NCBI GenBank assembly: GCA_964016885.1
Contig: OZ024759.1
Coordinates: forward strand, 21,576,001 to 21,640,000
From: Eledone cirrhosa
Taxonomy: Eukaryota
Direction: 5' to 3'
Length of the DNA stretch: 64,000 nt
Position numbers and translations under genes: made by a program. A model generated the notes under the pieces. The model was not told the DNA's origin, made no database searches, and saw nothing but the letters and a program-made list of their open reading frames with translations. Below, piece after piece: positions 10,470-22,978 of the stretch. Positions within the stretch are counted from its first letter, which is position 1. Each line of letters begins with the position of its first letter.

Positions 10470-11130
10470 GCATATCATTGATATGCGAGCAACAATATTG
10501 TAAGATATCCTTTGATCCATAATTGATATCATACGGGATAAAATATCGCAATACATCTCTTGATCGACAATTGATATCATACAGGCTAAAATATCGAAAG
10601 ATATCCTTTGATCCATCACTGATATAATGCGAGTTAAAGTATCGAAATATATCCCTTAGACCATGATTTATGTCATGCGAGCTAAAATATTGAAAGATAT
10701 TCTTTAGACTAGTGGTTCTCAAAGTTTTGGGGCCACCGCTCCCTCATGACTGCGTAATATCCTCAGCGCCCCCAACCTTATTTCTAGAGAGACCTGCCTA
10801 CACACAAATTGTAAATAATATATAATAAATAAAATCGTTAATTTATATATACTAAATAATATAATATATACTATATATAAATAAATATTATGTTTTTTAT
10901 TTTACTATATTTATATATAATATGTATCATTTGATATTTAATATACTATTATATCATCTCTACCTCCACCACCCACCACCCCCTTAAGCCGCAGCGTCCC
11001 TTGACCGGGGGGCTGTAGCGCTCACTTTGAGAATCTCTGCTTTAGACCATCACTGATATCATGTAAGCTAAAATATTGAAAGATATCCCTTGATCCGCAA
11101 TTGATACCATACAAGCTAAAAGATCGAAAT
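10470..11130. repeat. ~48-bp diverged minisatellite interrupted by a MITE
   Basis: GATATCCCTTGATCC.CAATTGATATCATA.GAGCTAAAATAT.GAAA units on both sides of 10710-11039. Confidence 0.7.
10710..11039. mobile_element. hAT (Charlie-like) MITE
   Basis: Imperfect TIRs TAGTGGTTCTCAAAGT / ACTTTGAGAATCTCTG. Perfect 8-bp TSD CTTTAGAC at 10702-10709 and 11040-11047. Confidence 0.9.
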
Positions 11131-11134
11131 ATAT

Positions 11135-11600
11135 TTCAGCATGTGCAACTATAACTGGAAAGCAGCCAAAAATTGCAAATGCTGTGATTACATTAGGGAA
11201 TAAATTGAAACTTCAGGATGCAGCTCAGTAAGTTTGTTTAATCATTCAATTGGTGGATTGAATTGGTGTCGGGAGAAAGTATTTGATTCATGTATTGATT
11301 TTAAAAGGAATATTTCATCTTTTATATCAATTGATATATCGATATCATATATTTTACACAATTGGTTAACATTCAGCTCAATCGGATGATCCTCTATTTC
11401 TGGATGTTTCCAAATGAATCCCATGAAAATGGATTCCATAATCAGGGAGATAAAAAGTAGTTCTAAGATATTGAAATATTAAAAATGGTGGAATCCAATA
11501 TATCGTCAAACATTTCTGCCTTAAAGCTATTCTCGATAGTAGACACAGCTTGAACGAATAGTTAAGAAGTTTGCTTGGAAATCATTAGGGATCGGGTTAC
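11135..11600 (-). pseudogene. hAT transposase C-terminal fragment (frameshifted)
   Basis: ...NQLCKIYDIDISIDIKDEIFLLKSIH...LNKLTELH / LFPNVITAF / FPVIVAHAE, resembling the hAT dimerisation-domain motif FPNV..AL.I.LTLPVT.A.AE. Confidence 0.65.
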
Positions 11601-12069
11601 TTCAAGACAAAATATCCCTTCAGGGGGTTACAGAATATTAAAAAAAACACGCCAATGAAGATACTAATACAGTATCAGTAACGTCGTCAATGCAAACACG
11701 TTCGAATCCTAGCAATTAGCACTAAAAATGTATATAAATGGGATATTATAGTAATTATAGGAATAATTACTTCCCAACAACAACAACAACAGCAATAATA
11801 ATGGTTTTTCATTTAGGCCCAAGGCTTAGAATTTTTGAGGAGGGGAAAGTCGAATAAACCGACCCTAGTGCGTTAAATAAAAATAGTACTTTCGGTTAAA
11901 ACGATTATATATACACACATACATTATATATATATATATATGTCTCTATGTCCAACTCTCTCTCTCTCTCCCTCTCTGTCCATCTCTCTCTCTCCCTCTC
12001 TGTCCATCTCTCTCTCTCCCTCTATGTCCAACTCTCTCTCCCTCTATGTCCAACCTTCTCTCTGTCCAA

Positions 12070-12114
<45 letters not shown>

Positions 12115-12327
12115 TATTTTCCGTTCTGATGAAATGACAGTAAATAATAACATTGAAATATTGAATGTCTGCATAACTAAAAGTTTGTAGATAGCAGCTG
12201 TTTTAGGTTATGTAACTGTTATAGAAACACGTGTCAATAAATTCCTTTCAACTAAACTGTATACAACAAATTTAATATAGAAATAATATATACATATATA
12301 TGTATATATACATATACATATATACAT

Positions 12328-12361
<34 letters not shown>

Positions 12362-12368
12362 CATATAT

Positions 12369-12630
12369 ATATTGTTATACTTTGGGAGGGTCATGTTGCC
12401 AATAAGAAACACACGCACCAGTTGCTTTCACTTCAATTTATTATAATAAATTTATAATAAATTTATAAATTTATTATAAATTTATTATAAATTTATTATA
12501 ATAAATTGAAGTGAAAGCAACTGGTGCGTGTGTTTCTTATTGGCAACATGACCCTCCCAAAGTATAACAATATCGGTTTCAACACACGATTTCAGATAAA
12601 GAATCTTGCTAAAAAAATTCAGAAACGAAA
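12369..12630. mobile_element. Fold-back element in (TA)n (family P1)
   Basis: ~85-bp perfect inverted arms ATATTGTTATACTTTGGGAGGGTCATGTTGCCAATAAGAAACACACGCACCAG... around an AT-rich spacer. Homologues at 27983-28215 and 51025-51075. Confidence 0.75.
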
Positions 12631-13296
12631 TACATATATATATATATATACATATATATACATATATATATATATATATTGTTTCTATATAACATTTTTT
12701 GTATACACTCTACTAATGTATTGAGTACCTTACTTACTGTGGTTACCCTCGATTGAAGCCGGGATTCACACACGGACACACACATACACACACATATATG
12801 ATGAATATATATATATATACATATGATGAAGGCTTCATTTTGTCTGATGATAGTCTTCTCAATCATTTTTGCAAGTCTTCACACTCCCATGTGCCCAGGG
12901 GTGACTTTTCAATCGAGCAACAAAGGCAAGACCAAAACCCCACCCTAGGCACTGATAACATGTGTCTGTGTGTGTGTGTGTGTGTGCAAGAACCAAAGCA
13001 TACTACCACCCTTAAAGCCACTGACACAAAACAACAACTCCAGAAATATATTTATATATTTACATCAATACCGACCGAAATATGTTTTGTACTGAGTCAC
13101 TCTCTCTCTCTCATATATATTTAGTCCATCCTACAGCACACCGACCATCAAACACTCCCACACCACAATATTATTCACATCTGTCCATGAAGAAGAAAAA
13201 CCAGATCCCCCATAGCTAAATGACTTACCAAAATAATTAGTACAGTTGTAAATACACACGCTTTACCAATTAAACACATGTTAGCACTTTCTTTAG

Positions 13297-13720
13297 ATCT
13301 ACCTCAATAGTCCTTTACCCCAGTGGTCCCTTAACTTATCCCAACCAAAGAACCCTTTATATTTACCCCAGTGGTCTCCTAAGTTATCCCTACCAAAAAG
13401 CCCTTTAAATTTACCTCAACAGCCTTTTACCCCAGTCGTCTCCTAACTTTGCCCTACCGAAGAACATTTTAAATTTACCTCAATAGTCCTTTACCGAATT
13501 CGTCTCCTAACTTTGCCCTACCAAAGAACCCTTTAAGATTACCCCAATAGCCCTTTACTGCAGTAGTCTCCTAACTTTGCCCTACCAAAGAACCCTTTAA
13601 ATTTATCTCACTGGTCCTGTATGTGAGTGGTCCCTTAATGTTTCCCACCAAAAAGCCCTTTAGATTCAACACACTGGTCATGTACGTTAATGATCTCCCT
13701 AACTTTGCCCTACCAAAGAC
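13297..13720. repeat. ~60-bp diverged minisatellite
   Basis: AATTTACCTCAATAGTCCTTTACCCCAGT.GTCTCCTAACTTTGCCCTACCAAAGAACCCTTTA units. Confidence 0.75.
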
Positions 13721-14110
13721 ACTGTTTATATAAATGAGTTTTTCCCCTTACACCCCTTCCTCGTTACAAAAGCTTTCCCTTCCAAAGACACCCTTTATTT
13801 AATGAATTTTAACAAAACTTCCTTCTCCTCGCTATAATAACTTTCCTTTCACATCGTTAACCAGCAAGAGTATCAATAGAAAAAGAAATGTTTATACTTA
13901 AATGAGAATTGATGCTCACTCGTGTGTAAATATGTTTTTAATAAAGTACTTGAAATTTAGAACTTGACTCACGGGACCCAAGAAGAATGCATACCTGTCA
14001 GTTTGTGTATAACGAAGTACTTTCAATTTTTAACTTAGCTCACGTATCCCAAGACGGATGGTGGGTGGTGTATACGTACCACTGCAGCCACAGACCTCCC
14101 TATACTCGCC

Positions 14111-14190
<80 letters not shown>

Positions 14191-14304
14191 TCTATCTATC
14201 TATCTCTCTCTCTCTATATATATACACAATCACCTAAGCACACATATACTCAGGGCCCCACTTATATATATATATATATATTATTCAACCCACATATATA
14301 TACA

Positions 14305-14630
14305 TGGTGGCTGCCAACTCGTTTTCGAGTACGGCCACTACTTTATATCCATGTAGGAGAACCCCTACCAATGCGCTGAACAAGTGTGACTTTTTAGTCC
14401 AGCCACCGACTTAAAAACTCTGGTACAAACACTACACTTGTGACAATTATTGACACATAGTGCTGGGCCCATGGTACCATGTGATGACAAGTACAGAGAG
14501 ATCTCCAGATATAAAGCAATGCCTGTGCCGTGAAGTTTTTAAAGTGAGCAAAGGCACTGCACAAAGCCAGTCCCACTCCCTTAACCAAGATGATATTTAC
14601 CAAAAAGATTGGATACCATCAGGGTTGCAT
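14305..14630 (-). mobile_element. Probable RTE-type LINE 3' end with C2H2-like motif
   Basis: Minus frame HKCSVCTRVFKSVAGLKSHTCSAH followed by a short 3'UTR. Confidence 0.5.
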
Positions 14631-14878
14631 ATATATATACTCACCTACATACACGCATATATACTCACCTACATACACACATATATACTCACCTACATAC
14701 ACACATATATACTCACCTACATACACACATATATACTCACCCACATACACACATATATACTCACCCACATACACACATATATACTCACCCACATACACAC
14801 ATATATACTCACCCACATACACACATATACACTCACCTACATACACACATATATACTTACCTACATACACACATATAT
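14628..14878. repeat. 24-bp minisatellite, ~10 copies
   Basis: (ATATATACTCACC(T/C)ACATACACAC)n. Confidence 0.9.
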
Positions 14879-15048
14879 AACCCCCCCCCACATACATTCA
14901 CCTCTACCTCCATACACGATATTACACCAATATTCCCCCAGTCCCACCATAAACATAAGTTTAACAGAACCACCGTCCATGTTAAACTAATTGACCTGAT
15001 TAGATGTATAAAATACATATGTTTTATAAATCATATTAAGAATACACT

Positions 15049-15127
15049 TAGCTGTTCTCAAGCTTTTGGACCACCGCCCCCCTCACGGCCAGATAATACC
15101 CCCAAACGCCCGCTTTGAGAACCTCTG
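15049..15127. mobile_element. Internally deleted relative of the hAT MITE at 10710
   Basis: TAGCTGTTCTCAAGCTTTTGGACCACCG...CTTTGAGAACCTCTG; no clear TSD. Confidence 0.55.
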
Positions 15128-15309
15128 ATCTTACGTTTTACTTCCTGCCACTTATCCCAGCCATCTAACTGCCTCAGTTATTGCCCATCCTTTAGTCCTG
15201 TCATCGACAAACAGCGGCCCGCGAGCCGCACGCGGCCGGTTTGGCTTTCTGAATCATCATCATCATGCAGACATGGGCAACTTTTTTTGAGCAGTGGGCA
15301 GCATTTGAT

Positions 15310-15602
15310 GTCGATAAAATGAAGTACCAGTAACGTACTGGGGTCGATTTAATCTGCTTTCCCCCGCTCCAAAATAGTTGGCCTTGTGGTTAAATCAGAA
15401 ACCATTATTACCAGGGTGCAGTGTCAGAGTTCTGAGCTCAAATCCTGCTGAGGTCATCTTTGTCTTTCATCCTTTTGGGGTCTATATAATAACGTACTGG
15501 TTAAATAGAAGTATCTGTTAAATACTGAGGGCGATATAATTGACTTTCCCCTTCCCCCGAAAATTGCTGGCCTTGCCCCTCCCCCCAAATTAGAAATCAT
15601 TA
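15310..15602 (+). mobile_element. Two truncated SINE family A copies
   Basis: GTCGATAAAATGAAGTACCAG...GGGTCGATTTAATC...GGCCTTGTG motifs. Confidence 0.65.
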
Positions 15603-16269
15603 ATAGATTACTTTTGAATTAATGTGTAAGTTGTTCAGTATTTCACAGGCACGTGTATCTCTAATGCAACGTAGTTTATAAACCAGCGTGACTTAGTGTA
15701 CGTCATACGGGAAATCGAATTCACAATTTTCCAACCCTGAGCCGAACACTCTCACCCTTAAACCATGCCCCCCTCCACACATATACACACATATACACAC
15801 ACAATACAAACACGGAAACACACACAAACACACACATACACACACATAGGCACGCGTGCATAGATGCATACTCACTCTATATGAGTGTAAATAGGAAAAC
15901 ATTGAATTTTCTGCGAGAATGGTTACCTTGGCGCTAGTCAGCTTTATGGATGAATTTATTTACCAACATCCACTGCTCCGAATACCTGACAACTACACAA
16001 CCATTCAACATGGCCGCCTGTATCTCAGATGGAAATTTACACGAGGAAAAAAATGGTTTAAAAACTCGTTAATTTAATCATATATACATTCATTTGCAAA
16101 GAGAAAAGTGTATGGTTTCTGTGAGATAAACCATTTCTGATAATAGAAGAGTTTCTACTATAGTTGGTGTTAATATAATGTTGTAACATTCGTTGAAAAA
16201 TATTGGTGTTGTTGTTGGTAGTAATTTTTGATAGCTGGCGTTGTGAGTTCAATGGTTACGGTTCGTGGA

Positions 16270-16478
16270 AGTCTAAAGTCTGTCGCAAGACTAGAGGCAC
16301 ATCAGACCGGTACTTACCCCGGTTTTCGTGGTGTTATACGACCGAGAGTACAATACTCCCCCCCTTGGACTGGTCGCCAGTTCATCGCAGGGTTAAACCC
16401 CCAGCTACGGCTGGTACTCAATTTCAGCTGAGTATACTGGAGCAACGTGAAATGAAGTGCTTTGTTCAAGAAGAAAAC
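16270..16478 (-). mobile_element. SINE family C (CORE-like head region plus CTGCGATGAACTGGCGACCAGTCC domain)
   Basis: Homologous to duplicated copies at 19310-19590; shares TTTCACGTTGCTCCAGT..ACTCAGCTG with family B. Confidence 0.6.
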
Positions 16479-16489
16479 TCACAGACCAG

Positions 16490-17060
16490 TTACAGGGATA
16501 CAGTGTATCTATTTAAACCAGATACACACAGGGATACGGTGTACCTATTGTAAACCAGGTATAGACAGGGATACAGTGTACCTATTGTAAACCAGATATA
16601 CACAGGGATACAGTGTATCTATTGTAAACCAGATACACACAGGAATATGGTGTACCTATTGTATACCAGTTATAGACAGGGATACAGTGTACCTATTGTA
16701 AACTAGATACACACAAGGATACATTGTACCTATACAGTGTACCTATACAGTGTACTTATACAGTGTACTTATTGTTAACCTGATATACACAGGAATACAG
16801 TGTACCTATTGTAAACCAGATACACACAGGGATACAGTGTACCTATTGTAAACCAGATACACAGGGATACATTGTACCTATACAGTGTACTTATTGTAAA
16901 CCTGATATACACAGGAATACAGTGTACCTATTGTAAACCAGATACACACAGAGATACTGTGTATCTGTTCTAAACGAGATACACACACAGACACAGTGTA
17001 CCTACTCTAACCCGGATAGCTACAGGTATAGAGTGTACCTATTTTAACCCGGATAGACCC
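16490..17060. repeat. ~37-bp minisatellite
   Basis: (GATACACACAGGGATACAGTGTACCTATTGTAAACCA)n, with internal 13-bp TATACAGTGTACC slippage repeats. Confidence 0.9.
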
Positions 17061-17819
17061 AGTAATGTTCTGAATGAAATTATGCCAAAGCCAAACCAGA
17101 AACAAAAAAAGCTGAGTCTTTCCCCTGACACTCATCAATAATTGTCATCAGCAATCATTTAAAATAAATAATTATTAGATAATTGTTACTATTTTTTCGC
17201 ACTTTCTTTGGGAAGATTCAACCTAGCTACAAAATCATGTTTTTTTTCTTCTTCTCTTCTATAATTAAAATATTATTTAATGAAAGAAACCATTAGCATA
17301 ATATGTCTGTCATATTGAATATATATAGCTACTTTTCATCTTTCATTAGATTTGTCATCGCAATATCTCGTAACTCTCTACAAATTAGTAGAGTTCAATA
17401 ATAAACTCTAAGATGCATTATTATTGAATTAAAGCAAATCTTCATTTATTCCAGTGTCAAATATATTAATAATATTTCCATCATATTAACTGGGAGGGAG
17501 GAGGAGAAAAGGAAAAAGAGAAAGAGAAAAAGAAAAAGAAAAAGAAAAAGAAAAAGAAAAAGAAAAAGAAAAAGAAAGAAAAAAAAGAAAAAATAGAGAA
17601 AAATAAAGAGAAAAAGAAAAAACAGAGAAAGAGAAAAAGACTTGTTTATTAATTATTTTCATTATTTTTTCTTGTAATTTTCTTTTTAAAACTTCCAGTT
17701 TCAATGGTTAATCAATTTTAGCTAATTACCTATGTTAATTACGCTCCCCCTTCCTAACCATCCAATCAAAATTAATTACTCTGAGGTTAATGACATGGGG
17801 ATTATTATTATTATTTTAA

Positions 17820-18665
17820 TGGCGATAGATTGGCAGTAATCAGTAGAGTGTCGGACAACATGCTTTGCAGCATAAAGTTGCAGCCCTTTACGATCTGAAT
17901 TCAAATCCCATCGAGGTTAGCTTTGCCTTTCATCCTTACGAGGTCGATAAAATAAAGTACGAGTAATACACTGAGGTCGATTTAATTAACTTTCCCCACC
18001 CCACACAATTGGGGAGTATCATGAAAAAGTGCCCCAAAACGGGGAGAAATGATGCAAAATAGGGAGATTTTACATAATTGTTTCTACTTTTGGCACAAGG
18101 CCAGCAATTACCCAGTACATTACTGGTACTTTATTTATCGACCCCGTAAGGATGAAAGGAAAAGTTAACCTCGGTGGGATTTGAACTCAGACCATAAAGG
18201 GCCGTAACTCTTTGCTGCAAAGCATGGCGCCAGACTCTCTACTGATACTGCCAATCCACAGATTTTAAATAATGAAAGCTATACCAATTTTCACAAGAGA
18301 TGACATCTCTCACCCACCATAGAGTGGGTGGCAGATCTCTCCGTCGGACGGGGAGAGTTGACAGGTCTGATATTCGTACGTAAAACAAAGTAGATTATGT
18401 TCTGATTGCATTAATCAATATATATATATATGCATACGATGTTGTGTACACTGGGCAAACCAACTTGGATCGAATATATCTTTCTTTAAAAAATATTTAT
18501 AAAAGTAATAATTGTTTCTACTTTTGGCACAAGGCCAGCAATTATATCAGTGTATTACTGGTACTTTATTTTATCGATCCCGTAAGGATGAAAGGCAAAG
18601 TTAACCTCGGCAGGATTTGAACTCAGACCATAAAGGGCCATAACTTTTTGCTGCAAAGCATGGCA
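17820..18665. mobile_element. Cluster of SINE family A copies (17820-18005 +, 18075-18260 -, 18508-18665 -)
   Basis: Same B-box, core and tail motifs in both orientations. Confidence 0.8.
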
Positions 18666-18679
18666 TGTGCATACTTCGA

Positions 18680-18950
18680 CGGACTGCCGCGGCTCAGTGC
18701 TGCGAAAAGCCGATAACAGCAGGTGAAATACGGGAAGTGATGTCAGACTGCACGAGGGCCAAATCGCCAGGTTTGGATGGTCTACCCTACGAGCTTTATG
18801 CTACATGCCAGACTTGTTCGGCGACCTCTTGGCAGACGTCTACTGCAACTGGCAGCAGAACGGGAGCATTCCCAGTTTTGTGAGCCGGGAAACTGGGGCG
18901 CTGCTGAGAAAAGACTCGAACAAGGGGGACGTTTATAGACAACTTCAGGC
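18680..18950 (+). pseudogene. L1/Tx1-clade LINE ORF2 fragment (RT N-terminal region)
   Basis: CEKPITAGEIREVMSDCTRAKSPGLDGLPYELY, then after a frameshift PDLFGDLLADVYCNWQQNGSIPSFVSRETGALLRKD. The K(S/A)PG.DG motif is typical of non-LTR RT domain 0. Confidence 0.8.
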
Positions 18951-19624
18951 ATAAAAGTAATAATGGTTTGGGGTGAGGGATGTTGATTAAAACGACCCCA
19001 GTGCGTTACTAGGATTTTATTTTATCGACCCTCTAAGGATGAAAGTCAAAGCTAACTTCGGAGAAATTTGAACTCAGAGCTTAAAGGGCCGTATCTCTAT
19101 GTCACCGCGAAGTATGGTTTCAGATGCCCTACCGATATTGCCAATCTAACATCAAATTTATAATTTATAGAAGTAATAATGATGGGATATTGATAGAATT
19201 GGTAGAGTGTCGGACAAAATGCTTTCTGGCATTTGGATTGGCTCTTTTCGTTCTGATTTCAAACTGGCTTGTGGTCAAATTTGCATTGAGCCTTCTAAAA
19301 GTATAAAGTCCATCTCGAACCTGAAGGCTTAATAGGCCGGTGCTTATCCAGGGTTCGGTGACGTGAAGCGACTGAAAATACAAGATTATTTCCCCCCGGA
19401 CAGGACGCCAGTCCATCATAGAGTTAATGACTGTCTCGAAGATGGAGGCTCACCAGGCCGGTGTTTATCTCGGTTTTCGTGGCGTGAAGCGACTGAAAAT
19501 ACAAGACTCCTCCTGGACAGGATACCAATCCATCGCAGGGATTAAACCCTCAACTATTGCTTGTACTAATTTTCAGCTGAATGAATTGAACCCAGGAGAT
19601 TATGATCATAAGTCCAACGCCCTT

Positions 19625-19715
19625 ACCATTAGGTCACTAGGCCATCCAGTCCTCCCCATTAGGTCACTAGGCCATCCAGTCCTCCCCATTAGGTCACTAG
19701 GCCATCCAGTCCTCC
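19625..19715. repeat. 30-bp tandem repeat x3
   Basis: CCATTAGGTCACTAGGCCATCCAGTCCTCC. Confidence 0.9.
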
Positions 19716-20838
19716 GCAGTCAATAAACTAAAGTAGCAGTCAAGTACAAAAATATGGGTGGTACCTGTAATTCAAAGAGCCGGCTTTGTCACACACTGTC
19801 ACACTGAATCTCCCTGAGAACAACATTAAGAATAGACGTTTCTGTAGAGTGCTAAGATACATGTTTGTTGTTATCTCAAACAGCTGTTTCGTGGTTGGAA
19901 CAACTGAATCACTCATCGTCACCACCGACGGGGAGTTCAACATACGCATACACACACACACACAGATACACACGAACTCACATACACACAGGCATGCATA
20001 GATACAGACACACACAAAGAGATACAAAAACATACATACGGACACAGAAACACATACACAAACACACACACCAAACATCCCCCTGCACCCCCCCCCCCCA
20101 CGCACACACAAACACAAACACACACACACAACTGCCCCCACAAAATAAACATTTAACACGACATTCCAAAAACTATGTAACCTTTTATTATCGTCTGTTA
20201 CCTGAGCCGAAGCAGAAATCGATTATGAAATATTATCGAAAATATTAAATATATTGATAAATTAATTATGACGTAACAGATTAAAATATAATCTACCAGC
20301 AAGCTGAATCTGTAGCCAGTTTCAACCGGTCTGTATGTGTGTATATATACGGTTTGTCGAATGCCTTTTTACTTAACCCTATCGTCTTGGCTTTCGTGTG
20401 TTGAACATTTTACTCTCAGGCACCCAATTAAGTTAAACCCTGGTAATCTACGACGAATTTTTTTTATAAGCACAAAATGTAGACACCATCCCCAGGCCGA
20501 AGTATTCCGTACTTCTCTGTACTGTTTCAGAAAGGAGGGATAAACATGCCGATCTATGTTTAGAAGCCCGACCAACGCCGGGCCATTCTGCCAGTATATA
20601 TTTATAAATAAAATTTTATATATATATATATATGTTAAGTATTTCTGTAGAAAAAGTAAAGGAAAGAAGAGTGCTCTATGTATTGTACAGAGCTAATTAA
20701 TTACATAATTTAATTATTATATGTTTTAAAACATAATTATTTTGTCTGACGAATGAACTGAATATTCCTTGCAAGAATCATCTAGTTTCTTGAAACCTTC
20801 GGTAATGAAATAATTATATTGTGTTGTTTATTATGTAA

Positions 20839-20894
<56 letters not shown>

Positions 20895-20898
20895 GTGA

Positions 20899-20929
<31 letters not shown>

Positions 20930-21431
20930 TGTATATATACATGTGTGAATATATATATATATATATATATACATATATATATTTATACACATTTATATAT
21001 ACATGTGTGAGTGTCTACGATTTCACAGAACTTATGTTTACCGAATTCACAGACTAGACCCCTTCTTCCTCCCGTTAGACCTGTGCGAAATTCCTTCCTT
21101 GCTCACATTTCAACCAGGTTTGATGGTCTTTATTCTCTCTCGTTCACGATTTCACCGAACTTATATTCATGGAAATTTTTGGACTTGACTCGCTCTTCCT
21201 CACTTTTCGTTGCTTCACCATCTTTGTTTGTTTACATTCTCGCTGTTCCCTTTATTTACATGTCCCAACGACTTTCTTTAGCCGTTGCTCGCACCAACCG
21301 GAGGTATATGGTCTTTAAAACGAAGAAATACCAATGATAATCAGCAGACTACTGATGATGGACAGGCTTCTTTCTCGGTCTATTTTCATTCATATGTTCA
21401 CATTCGCAACAACGCATCACGTCATTTTTCA

Positions 21432-21515
<84 letters not shown>

Positions 21516-21592
21516 GTGTGTATATATGTGTGTGTATATATATATATATGTGTGTGTGTATATATATATATGTGTGTGTATATATATATATA

Positions 21593-21623
<31 letters not shown>

Positions 21624-21678
21624 GTGTGTATATATAGATATGTGTGTGTATATATATATATATGTGTGTATATATATA

Positions 21679-21730
<52 letters not shown>

Positions 21731-22017
21731 CAGTTAAAGAAATAAGCTGCTACCAAGTTCAGTCTGTGGTCGGTGTCAATTTCTATATGTCTGTATTTCA
21801 GTTTAATATGTCAAATCCCTTTCGGGGAAAATATTCTCCTCCCACCTTCACACCTGCTAGAATAAACCATTTCCTCTTCTCACATAAACGTGAAACTGTT
21901 GCCTCTGTCAGAAGAAATCGATCGCCAACTTTACAACATGTTTGAATTAGCAAAGCTTGCAAGAGAAATATAAAAATACTACGATTGTTTTCAACACGCT
22001 GAGGCGTATGTCCATAT

Positions 22018-22978
22018 GTGTGGTAGCAGCCTGCATCAGAGGTAAAGAGAGAGAGGAGTGGTATGAGGTAATTATAACAACAGTGGTAGCAGCCTGCATC
22101 AGAGGTAAAAAGAGAGAGAGCAGTGGTATGAGGTAATTATAACAACAGTGGTAGCAGCCTGCATCAGAGGTAAAAAGAGAGAGCAGTGGTATGAGGTAAT
22201 TATAACAACAGTGGTAGCAGCCTGCATCAGAGGTAAAGAGAGAGAGGAGTCGTATGAGGTAATTATAACAACAGTGGTAACAGCCTGCATCAGAGGTAAA
22301 AAGAGAGAGCAGTGGTATGAGGTAATTATAACAACAGTGGTAGCAGCCTGCATCAGAGGTAAAGAGAGAGAGGAGTGGTATGAGGTAATTATAACAACAA
22401 TGGTAGCAGCCTGCATTAGATGTAAAGAGAGAGGAGTCGTATGAGGTAATTATAACAACAGTGGTAGCAGCCTGCATCAGAGGTAAAGAGAGAGAGAGAG
22501 TGGTATGAGGTAATTATAACAACAGTGGTAGCAGCCTGCATCAGAGGTAAAGAGAGAGAGGAGTGGTATGAGGTAATTATAAGAACAGTGGTAGCAGCCT
22601 GCATCAGAGGTAAAGAGAGAGAGGAGTGGTATGAGGTAATTATAACAACAGTGGTAGCAGCCTGCATCAGAGGTAAAGAGAGAGAGGAGTGGTATGAGGT
22701 AATTATAACAACAGTGGTAGCTGCCTGCATCAGAGGTAAAAAGAGAGAGGAGTGGTATGAGGTAATTATAACAACAGTGGTAGCAGCCTGCATCAGACGT
22801 AAAGAGAGAGGAGTCGTATGAGGTAATTATAACAACAGTGGTAACAGCCTGCATTAGATGTAAAGAGAGAGGAGTCGTATGAGGTAGTCATTACAACAGT
22901 GGCAGCAGCCTGCATCAGACGTAAAGAAAGAGGTGTTGTATGAGGTAGTCATAACAACAGTGGTAGCAGCCTGCATCA
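22018..22978. repeat. Homogeneous 63-bp (some 61-bp) minisatellite, ~15 copies
   Basis: GTGGTAGCAGCCTGCATCAGAGGTAAAGAGAGAGAGGAGTGGTATGAGGTAATTATAACAACA; source of the 21-aa periodic ORFs. Confidence 0.95.

Noticed and set aside
12121-12172. CTGATGA-AATG...CATT-GAAA...GTC hammerhead-like string
   Set aside because: Stems II and III are possible but stem I has no complementarity; cannot be distinguished from chance.
20741-20810. CTGACGA...GAAAC-CTTCG-GTA possible long-stem-II hammerhead
   Set aside because: Stem II closing pairs and stem I are weak; at best a highly decayed copy.
22018-22978. Regular repeats resembling a CRISPR array
   Set aside because: Head-to-tail units with no unique spacers, eukaryotic context and no cas genes.
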